The position numbers and the translations under genes are program-made. Shown in pieces: positions 6,953 to 15,800 of a DNA stretch of 27,972 nucleotides. The number at the start of each line of letters is the position of its first letter. The first letter of the stretch is position 1. The stretch lies in the IMG/VR virus record IMGVR_UViG_3300042366_000602, positions 1 through 27,972 of that record; one strand, written 5' to 3'. This stretch comes from a virus. Its lineage: Duplodnaviria; Caudoviricetes. The notes beneath the pieces are model-generated. The model saw nothing but the letters and a program-made list of their open reading frames with translations. It did not search any database and was not told where the DNA came from.

Positions 6953-9900
6953 GAGTGTTTCCCGAACAAGCTAGTCATCTGTTGTACCATGCCGCCTTTG
7001 GCGTATTTTGTCGGCCCAATAGCTAGGTCTTTATATTTCGGGAACAAGTCGTAAGCCTTGGCTTCTTCCATTGTTATACCGTTGTGGTCAGCAGCATAAA
7101 GATCGTTGACTATTTTCTTCACCTTAGACGGCGCACGAAGATAGTTTATACGGTTTAGTTTCTCTGGAAACTCCTGTGCAAATGTTGCTTCTGTTATTTT
7201 CTTAGCTTCTTCAACCGCTTTCCCGATGACGTTGTTAATCCTTTCTTGTTTTTGTTCACTTGTAAGAGATTGATATTGTGACTTTTTAATATCATCATTA
7301 ACAAAGTCAATAGCGTACCTGTTCGTATTCTGAATGAACAGTCTGTCAAAGTCTTTGTCACCGCTAGGACGTCCATACACTTTGTATAGGTCTACGCTGT
7401 GTTTGACAATTTCCTTTTCAGCTTCAGTGCGTGGTGCTGCTGTACGGAAACCAACAAGTCGATTGAAGAACTCACCTTCCTTTGATACTTTAGATTGCTC
7501 TTGTTCTTCACCTTGTTTCTTAGGTGGCTCTTCCTTGAAACGAACAACGGCTGGTGCCAATTCTTCTTTGACAAAAGGCAGCTTAGCCTGTACACGCTGA
7601 TAGGCAGCTTGAGCAAGACGACCACCTTCGGTATCAGCAGTCAACACATTTGGATCACGTGCAAGTTGTGCTTCGTCACCACGAACTAAATCAACCAAGT
7701 CAAAAATTTGCTTAGCGACAAACGGCTGGGTAAATCGACCAGCAAAGTCTCCTGCAACCTTGCTCAAACTTTGCTTTACTGACTCCCATTTTTCTTCGCT
7801 GTTAAACACATCAACAATACCAGTAATAAAGCTGTTGGTAGTGCCTGCTGGTGTCTTGAATCCGACTATGTTTTCCAAAATTTCTTTGATTTGAGCTTTA
7901 CCAATACCGTCTGTTGCGTCACGAACCCATATATCTGCAATGCCCAAATACGGTGCAATTGGGAAAATAGACTTTACATCCGTTATTCCGTTGTCTGTTT
8001 TTACTTCATTCCAGTTAACATCAGGATTGTTGCGACGATAATCTATTGCTGCAAGTAACATGCCGAAACCAACAGTGGCTTGAACAGCTTTTGTAGCTCC
8101 TTCGCGTGCAACCATCTCAGCCTTTTCAAGCTGACCAGCAGCACGCAGCTTAGTTGCTTCGTTAACATATTGTCTTGCACCAATAAAACCTAACGGGCTG
8201 TATTTATACTGAAAAGCAAGTGCGTTGGTTACGAATCGCGGGAATGGAATTACCAACGATGCAAGCGGCACTGCTTCTACGCCTTTAACAAAGCGTGCTC
8301 CACCCTTTTCAAAAAAATCTTCAAAAGCTGAGAACGACTTCGCATACATCTGAGGTGTATATGAGAATGTGTCTTTGAATGAATCGTCCAAGGCTTTCTT
8401 CAGAATAGATGAAGGAATAACCTTGTTAGCTGCTAGAACATCTTTGTACAAATCGATACCAACACGACCAAGTTCTCGCTCCAACGATGCAGCAAACGAT
8501 GCACGACGATACATGCCGTCCATTGCAGCATTAAAAGTTTGTGACCAACGAGCGAATTTGCTAACATCATTTAAGTCTGTATCTTGAGTTGCACCAGAAA
8601 TACGACTGAGAAATGTTGGGTTGTTCTCCAACACCTTCTCAGTGATGTCTTCTGCCAATCCATTCCTTTTCATGTAATACAACGTGCCGATTGCGTCTTT
8701 CCACGCATCACCCATTGTCTTCTGCAGAACCGTCAGCTTCTCACCATCGGCAGCACTCAGCGCAGTACCGACGCTGTAGCGAACGCCTTCGATCATCTGC
8801 ACACCCGCTTTCATCGAAACACCAATGAGGTTACCGATAGTGTTACGTGCCAGCGTATCGATACCGGAAGTGATGATGGCTTTAGATTCACGTTCAACGC
8901 GCTTAATGCCTTCACTAGCTTTTGACCACGAACCAACTTGATCGGTATCAACGCTGTAAAGCTCTTTCATGCGCTTATCGAAACCGGGATCAATTTCGCT
9001 CCGACGTTTCCCCCATCTAGCTGCAACGGAAAGCGCTTGCATTTGGCTAGCACCAGAGGATACTGATGATTTTGCCGCTGCTGCAAATTGCTCTGCAGTA
9101 AGTCCTGCTTTGTTAAGAGCAGCCTCAAATGCAACATCGTCAATGGTTTCTATTTGCGAAAATGTGCGGTAGATGGCATCGCTAATTTGTTCCTTCGCAG
9201 GATTCCACCCGAATTCTTCAGGTTTATCCTTCATCATTTGCATCGCCATGCGTACAGCAGAGCGACTGAATTCGTCACGAACCTTAGCGTCTGTCGCTGC
9301 CATTGCCGGATCAATTTCATCTAGCAAAGATTTACCATAGGCTTTGACATAGTCCGAATGAACGGTTTCAAAGTCACGGGTCATTGCATTGGCAAGCTGC
9401 TTCTCGGTTGATGTCAATGGTGCAGAAGGACTTGCTGTAGTGATGTTACGATCAACAAGTTCCTTGCTGATAATTTCACCACGTTCTTTGATTGTCCGAG
9501 CCTTCGCTGTTTTGGCAGAAACAGCACCACTAACAGCGCCGGGTATCACTGCTGACAAAACAGTGCTCCACGGGTTATATTCGGGCTCAGTTTCTCCAAG
9601 GCGTCTTGCCCTCTCAATTTCAGTACGTTGTCCAGTGATATCGCCTGCACCACCAATAGCGGCTTCAGTACCTGCTGATGTCAATACTTCAGCGCGTGTT
9701 GCAGCCTTACTCAGCGCTTGTTTTTCGAGAGCGCGTGTGGCAGCGTCTTTTGACGCCACTTGCATTCCCTTGCGAACAACTGTACCAGCAGCAGCCCTAC
9801 CGAATCCGGGACCTAACACATACAACGGCAAGTCACTAAGAATAGCTTTAGTGATGTCAACTGCCGCCCGCACTTTATCTGGTGCGTCTTCTGCTTTTTC

Positions 9901-10533
9901 ATAAACACGCTGAGCAAGTGCAAGCGCTCTGGCTTGATCAATATTAGAATTCTTTAGCGCAACAAGTTCTGGCAATGCTCCAAAAAGCAAACCATATTCA
10001 GCAAATCGTCGTTGCCCATAGAAGCGATTTACAAATTGTTCTCTAGTTTCCTTCTTAGGATCAAACGCAGGTTGACCACCAGCCTGCATACCTTGATTGA
10101 CAATATTGAAGAACTCGTCGTTATTGACGATTACATCAAACGGAATCTCTTTAGCTTTTTGTTCCGCCCTAATCTTCTCAACGTTTTGTTGTCGAGCTTT
10201 AGCTTGAGGAAAGACACCAAAGGCAGCGCCGCCAGCACCTTCAACGGGTGCTGACTGCGGCAACAATCCTTCAGTCTTGTAAGCACCTCTAATGCGCTGT
10301 GCTTCAGCTTGAAGGTCTTCAACAGTGTTGATGGGCTTCTGTGTGGTCTTGGCTAGCTTTGTTTGTACTGCAGGAACATCTTCATCAAGAGTGATAGCAC
10401 CGCGCTTCAAATAAGCGTCTGGATCAAACGTCTTTGGTGTAGAAGCCGGTGCCGTCTGCTTTGACAGATAGGCGTCTGGATCAAATGGCTTTGACGACTT
10501 CGACAGGTAAGCATCTGGATCAAACGTAGCCAT
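6943..10533 (-). CDS. large internal virion (DNA ejection) protein
   Basis: 1196 aa, helical and Ala-rich, three N-terminal FDPDAYL repeats, PFPRF motif. Position matches a T7 gp16-like slot. Confidence 0.65.
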   Translation of the reverse strand: MATFDPDAYLSKSSKPFDPDAYLSKQTAPASTPKTFDPDAYLKRGAITLDEDVPAVQTKLAKTTQKPINTVEDLQAEAQRIRGAYKTEGLLPQSAPVEGAGGAAFGVFPQAKARQQNVEKIRAEQKAKEIPFDVIVNNDEFFNIVNQGMQAGGQPAFDPKKETREQFVNRFYGQRRFAEYGLLFGALPELVALKNSNIDQARALALAQRVYEKAEDAPDKVRAAVDITKAILSDLPLYVLGPGFGRAAAGTVVRKGMQVASKDAATRALEKQALSKAATRAEVLTSAGTEAAIGGAGDITGQRTEIERARRLGETEPEYNPWSTVLSAVIPGAVSGAVSAKTAKARTIKERGEIISKELVDRNITTASPSAPLTSTEKQLANAMTRDFETVHSDYVKAYGKSLLDEIDPAMAATDAKVRDEFSRSAVRMAMQMMKDKPEEFGWNPAKEQISDAIYRTFSQIETIDDVAFEAALNKAGLTAEQFAAAAKSSVSSGASQMQALSVAARWGKRRSEIDPGFDKRMKELYSVDTDQVGSWSKASEGIKRVERESKAIITSGIDTLARNTIGNLIGVSMKAGVQMIEGVRYSVGTALSAADGEKLTVLQKTMGDAWKDAIGTLYYMKRNGLAEDITEKVLENNPTFLSRISGATQDTDLNDVSKFARWSQTFNAAMDGMYRRASFAASLERELGRVGIDLYKDVLAANKVIPSSILKKALDDSFKDTFSYTPQMYAKSFSAFEDFFEKGGARFVKGVEAVPLASLVIPFPRFVTNALAFQYKYSPLGFIGARQYVNEATKLRAAGQLEKAEMVAREGATKAVQATVGFGMLLAAIDYRRNNPDVNWNEVKTDNGITDVKSIFPIAPYLGIADIWVRDATDGIGKAQIKEILENIVGFKTPAGTTNSFITGIVDVFNSEEKWESVKQSLSKVAGDFAGRFTQPFVAKQIFDLVDLVRGDEAQLARDPNVLTADTEGGRLAQAAYQRVQAKLPFVKEELAPAVVRFKEEPPKKQGEEQEQSKVSKEGEFFNRLVGFRTAAPRTEAEKEIVKHSVDLYKVYGRPSGDKDFDRLFIQNTNRYAIDFVNDDIKKSQYQSLTSEQKQERINNVIGKAVEEAKKITEATFAQEFPEKLNRINYLRAPSKVKKIVNDLYAADHNGITMEEAKAYDLFPKYKDLAIGPTKYAKGGMVQQMTSLFGKHSWA
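10408..10524 (-). repeat. three FDPDAYL peptide repeats
   Basis: Copies at 10408-10428, 10465-10485 and 10504-10524 share the core tctggatcaaa. Confidence 0.95.
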
Positions 10534-10536
10534 GCC

Positions 10537-12207
10537 TTACATCCCCAAACGACGACGAATCTCTGCTGCTCTCGGATCACGCGGATTAGCATTTGCCCAC
10601 TCAAGAGCTTGTCTATCTTCAGCGCTTAGTTGACGAGGCGCAGCAGGCTTTGCCGGTGCAGCACGTGGCGCAGCGCCAGCAGGCGCACCAATGTTGGCGA
10701 AGTCGTCAGCAGCCTCTGTAGGCGTCATAGGACGGGCAGGTCTTGCTGATGCCGCTGGCGCTGGTGGCACCGCAACCGTTGTAGGTCTTGCTTCGACAGT
10801 AAGGTCTTTCGAAGGTTTATCCGGCTCTATCACTTTGTTACCATTAAACTTAAGTCCAAAACCACTCAGCGCACCCCTAGCTAGAGGATTTTCAACAGTG
10901 TTATCTTTACCAATATATCCAGATAGTTTGGCAGACTCAAGTATGCCTTTTCGCTCAACATACAATATGTTTTCGTTGACAACATCTTGTGATAGTTGCC
11001 CATTATATTTTGCTTCCTTACCAATGACTCGTTTGGTGTCAGGATCAATAACATCAACCAGCGTCCAATCTTTCTTTCTTCCAAATGTGCTTTCAATAGC
11101 GCTTCCGGCATGTCGCCTAAACAAATTGATATAAGCTATTTCTTTTTGAGGCTCAAGCGGATTTGGCTCGTTATTGTCTTTGTACCTTTTCTTTTCTGCA
11201 GCATCGTTATCAAGATATTGTCGCGCTTCTTTAATTTGTGCAGGAGTATAGTTTTGTGGAGCCCTTACAATCTGTTGAAACTTTGCCATGCTCTTAGCAT
11301 GATCGATTTGCGGTTTTGTAAGATTTTCCACAATAACAACAACGTCACGATACTTACGTGCAGCCTCATTAGCTTGTGGACTACCTTCACCAAATTGTTG
11401 CACAGCAGCCACCGCTGCTCCTTGAAGACGCTTGAGTTGCTTTTCGGGGTCTTCTGGCTCTTTAGGAAGAATCTTCGCTACAGACTTCTCCAATGCGTCA
11501 AGTTCCGTCCTTAATGCTTTAGTCTCTGGGCTATTCGGGTCTTTGGCATCGGCTGCAGCAAACCTTCCACGAAGAGCATCTAGCCTAGCTTCCGGGCCTG
11601 ACTTGTCTTCCTTCTTAAACACACCGAAGTTAACCGTCGCAGTAGGCTCTGGCATGCTTGGACGGAAACCAGATTCAGCACGTGCTACATCCTCCAGCGT
11701 CATTCCACGTGCTGCAGCGGTTTGCTCAAGCCTACGTTGCATTTGACCAGCAGACGGAGACAGCCATGACCGACCTTGAGGCTCCAACAGCTTTGCAGGT
11801 TCTACTTGCGTCCTAGAGCGAACAGCATTGCTGATTAGTTCATCAACAGTGCCGGTCATCTGTGCAATTTTAGTTGCATTGGGAGTGATGATGTCTTTAG
11901 GAGAAAGATTGCGAATATTGTCTTCCGTTGACATCCTTGCTTTCTTCAAAGCCTCAAACGCAACAGGAGAAAACAAATATGCCTTCATCAACTCCGGGTC
12001 TTCTACACCAAGTTGAACAAGCTCACTCTTACGTTCACGAAGTTCTTTCTCAAGCGCCTGAGCTTCTTTTTCTTGCTGCATCTTCAACACAGACGCACGT
12101 TCAAGACGCCCCTGCAAAGCAGCGTTAGAGAACTTACGCTCTTCTTCAATGCGTTCGTAGACGCTTTCAGCAAGACCAGCGCCGAAACCAGCAAGACTGA
12201 ATCCCAT
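10537..12207 (-). CDS. probable internal virion/ejection protein
   Basis: 556 aa. N-terminal GFGAGLA followed by coiled coil; Pro/Ala linker and a compact C-terminal motif (ALEWANANPRDPRAAEIRRRLG). Confidence 0.6.
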   Translation of the reverse strand: MGFSLAGFGAGLAESVYERIEEERKFSNAALQGRLERASVLKMQQEKEAQALEKELRERKSELVQLGVEDPELMKAYLFSPVAFEALKKARMSTEDNIRNLSPKDIITPNATKIAQMTGTVDELISNAVRSRTQVEPAKLLEPQGRSWLSPSAGQMQRRLEQTAAARGMTLEDVARAESGFRPSMPEPTATVNFGVFKKEDKSGPEARLDALRGRFAAADAKDPNSPETKALRTELDALEKSVAKILPKEPEDPEKQLKRLQGAAVAAVQQFGEGSPQANEAARKYRDVVVIVENLTKPQIDHAKSMAKFQQIVRAPQNYTPAQIKEARQYLDNDAAEKKRYKDNNEPNPLEPQKEIAYINLFRRHAGSAIESTFGRKKDWTLVDVIDPDTKRVIGKEAKYNGQLSQDVVNENILYVERKGILESAKLSGYIGKDNTVENPLARGALSGFGLKFNGNKVIEPDKPSKDLTVEARPTTVAVPPAPAASARPARPMTPTEAADDFANIGAPAGAAPRAAPAKPAAPRQLSAEDRQALEWANANPRDPRAAEIRRRLGM

Positions 12208-12665
12208 TACTTTTTCCTCCTAGCGACAATGCCGCCAGTTTCTTCTTTGACTTCCTGCATCTCAGTGACAGTTTCTGCCATCACTTTTTCAATAGCATCA
12301 ATCGGCATAGTTCTATTCGTATCAATGTCTTCTGCCTGAATGACATACTTAATGCCGTAGATTTCAGCAAGTGCAATCATCAACTCCACCAGCACAGGCT
12401 TTACCAACATGCCAGCATCGATGGTGTGCATGCCTTCCATGATGCCGGTCCTTATCATGCCTTCAGCAATGGTGAGCAACGGCACATCACGCTTGATGAC
12501 ATCAATGACATTACCAATCATGTCTTCGTCAACGAGCCTGTCGGAGTAGTAGTCAACGACTTCGTCTAGCGATGTATGCTTTGGAGGCTGCTCCCACGGA
12601 GCATTGCCGGGAGCACCCGTCAACGAAATGCCGGGAATAGGTTGATGAAGAAAATCAGGAGACAT
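12207..12665 (-). CDS. phage hypothetical/virion protein (152 aa)
   Basis: PIPGISLT..PWEQPP N-terminus; TAATG coupling to the next gene; C-terminal GGIVARRKK. Confidence 0.75.
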   Translation of the reverse strand: MSPDFLHQPIPGISLTGAPGNAPWEQPPKHTSLDEVVDYYSDRLVDEDMIGNVIDVIKRDVPLLTIAEGMIRTGIMEGMHTIDAGMLVKPVLVELMIALAEIYGIKYVIQAEDIDTNRTMPIDAIEKVMAETVTEMQEVKEETGGIVARRKK

Positions 12666-12858
12666 TCTTTGCCTTCACTTTCTGTGCGGTCTTACGGATG
12701 ACGGAAATGTAAGAAGCGATGGTGTCGATGTAGTCGCTCTCAGATGACGGCAGCTTGTCCTTTCGAGACATGATGCCGCCTTCGCTCTTTGAAGATTTCT
12801 TATTCATACCATTAATGCGCTCTTCAACTTGCGCCATGAACTTTTTGTAATTCTTCAT
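12655..12858 (-). CDS. small basic hypothetical protein (67 aa)
   Basis: Fills the gap between neighbours with tight spacing; contains GGIMSRK. Confidence 0.7.
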   Translation of the reverse strand: MKNYKKFMAQVEERINGMNKKSSKSEGGIMSRKDKLPSSESDYIDTIASYISVIRKTAQKVKAKNVS

Positions 12859-12860
12859 TG

Positions 12861-15800
12861 TTAGCCCTTAAACGGATTTAACCAATCCAAAACGTCACCA
12901 ATTTTTTCAACTATTTTTTCACCAGTATCGGTTCCAAGAACAGAGCCAAGTAGCCTACCAAGCGAGGCACTTGCTGCAGCATCAGCAGCACTATCCGCAA
13001 TACCACGTTGAGTCTGAGACTGCAACAAAGCCGTTGCCATCGACGCAGCCCTGTCCTCAGCACGTTCATAGCTATCGTACACCATCTTCACTTGGTCACG
13101 ATAGAGCATCACTTCGTTATTATATTGCGCCGAAGTCATGTTGTTCATGGACTGAGCGTTAGCAATATTGGCAGCGTTGACAGCAGCAGTGTTAGCGGTG
13201 CTTACCTGCGCCAATAGTTGCGCGTTTGCTTGATCAATGACAGTGCGATTGGTTACATTAAATTGCTCACGCTGCGACTTCATCTGCGAGTTAAACTGCT
13301 CCATCGCATTCTCTTGACCAGTGTTAAACTGAGTCATTGCATTCTTCTGAGCGGAGTTAAACTGAGATACTTGAGTTGATAGCGATGCAGAAAACTGATC
13401 AGCTTGCTGCTTGTTTGCAGCGTTAAACTGAGACGCAGCATTCTCAGCAGCAGCATCGGACAACGCAACCTGTGCAAGCTGTTGCGCCTTGAACAACGAT
13501 GTCTTCTGCGTGTTGTCAAGATTTGCCATGTCCATTGCCAAAAAGGCTTGAGCATTCTGAACAGCCGTCTGTTGCCGTGCGTTCAGATTTGCCATGTCCA
13601 TTGAGGCAGTGGTAGCAGCATTCGCAAGCACTGTAGCCTGCTTATTGCTCATGTCTTGCAGATTAATCTGCTGAATAAAATTAGCATTTGCAAGAGCATT
13701 CTGTTGCTCTGCAGTGAAATTTGTTTGAGCAATTTCAGCAACACGTGCAGCGTTGGTAATGTTTACTTGCTGCTTGTTGCTGAGTTCTTGACCCTTCAAC
13801 GCGGCATCAATCTGTGCATTTGCAAGTGCTGTTTGTTGCTTATTTGAAGTATTGGCAAGCGCAATCTGCATTGCATTTGTCGTATTCAACAAATTCACTT
13901 GCTGTTCGGCGTTAAACTTTAGTCCACGCTCTTGCAATTGGCTGCTGACATTGAACAACGATGTCTGCTGTTGATTCGACAGCACTTGCCCCTTTAACGC
14001 AGCATCAGCATTGAATTCAGCAATGAATGCTTGTTGTTGTGCTGTTGCATCAAACTGTGCAGACTCAAAGTTCTGAGTGCTTTGCAACACAGCCATCTGT
14101 TGCTCATTCGACAACTCTTGACCTTGCAATGCAGCACTAACCTGCAGATTTGCTAGCGCTGTCTGTTGTTTATTCGACAGATTTGCCGTATCAACCTGCA
14201 GTTTATTAGCGGCATTGAACAACAATGTTTGCTGATCATTACTAAGTTCAATCTTACGCTCATCCAACACAGCGCTAGCGTTAAATAGCTGCGTCTGCTG
14301 TTGATTGGACAACACCTGTCCCTTCAGCGCAGCATCAGCATTAAACTTAGTAATAAAGGCTTGTTGTTTTGCGTTAGCATTAAATTCAGCAGCTTCAAAA
14401 GTCTGTGTACTTTGAAGAACAGCCATTTGTTGATCGTTAGTAAGCTCTTGTTGTTGCAAAGACGCACGAACCTGCAGATTTGCTAGCGCTGTCTGTTGAG
14501 CATTTGATGCGTTTGTAATGTCAACCTGAAGAGCGTTTGTAGAATTAAACAACAGGGTTTGTTGTTCATTTGTCAAATTAATCTTACGCTCATCCAATAC
14601 AGCACTAGCATTAAACAATGCTGTCTGTTGCTGATTTGACAGCACCTTTTCTTCAAGCGCTGCACGTGCTTGGAAGTCGGCAATGAATGCTTGTTGTTGT
14701 GCATTAGCGTTAAACTGCGCTGCTTCAAATGATTGAGTGCTACGCAGCATTGCCATTTGCTGTTGGTTATTAAGCTCTTGACCAGCAATGGCACCTCTCA
14801 CTTGTAAATTGGCAATAGCTGTTTGCTGTCGAGTATTGAGATTGGCAAGATCAATCTGAATGTTTTCAGCAGACCTTTGAAGCATTGCCTGCTGACGATT
14901 TGTAAGATTGAGATTGTTTACTTCTGCATACTTTGCTGCGTTGGCAAGAGAAACAGAAGTCTTTACGTCAAGATTTTTCTGTTGTACGGCTGCAGCAATC
15001 TGAGCATTAGCAAGAACAACAGCTTGCTGATTCGACAAGTTTTGCGACTGCAAAGAAAACGCATTAGCGCTGTTCTGCAACATAGCTTGCTGACGAGCAT
15101 TCAAATTTGCAAGCTCAATATTCTGAGAGGCAGCAGCATTTGCCAGAGCAACCTGTTGACGATTGTTCAGATTGGTCAAATTCATCTGAGCAAATGTCTG
15201 AGCATCTGCCGCAGCAATGGGTGTAGCAGACTCCATAGCCGATTGAATAATGGCGGCTGCTGCCATGCTACTACCACCAAGTCCACGTGCCGCCATAGCC
15301 GCGTTAGCAGCCCTCATAGCGCCTGCAGCCCATGCAGGAGTGCCGTCATTAAACTGCTGCATCAAAGACGTAAGCTGTCCCTGAATAGTTGCTGCAGCTT
15401 CTACTCTTCCCTGTTCTGTAGACGCAAGAGCTTGGCTAAAGTTTCCTTGCTGTGCAATTGCAACAGCGTCTTGGTTTAGTTTGTCAGCTACGGCAGCAAT
15501 GGCTTTTACAGGCTCTGTAATTTGCAAAGCCTGTTTTGCAATATCAACAATTTCTTCGTTTGCTACCTGACGCTCTTGAGCAATCACTGTAGACTGTGCT
15601 GCTGTTTGCTGTGCAATTTCCTGTGGAATGACACCAGCCTTGGCAGCAGCTTCAACAGCAGTTGCAGTGAGCGTAGCTGTCTGTACAGCACCAAGATTGT
15701 ATTTAGTAACAGCTTGAGCAGTCGGTGTTACACCTGTAAACTTTGCTGCTGTAACATCTGTTGGCTTGGCAACAGTTGCTGCTTTTGCTTGTTCTGCCGC

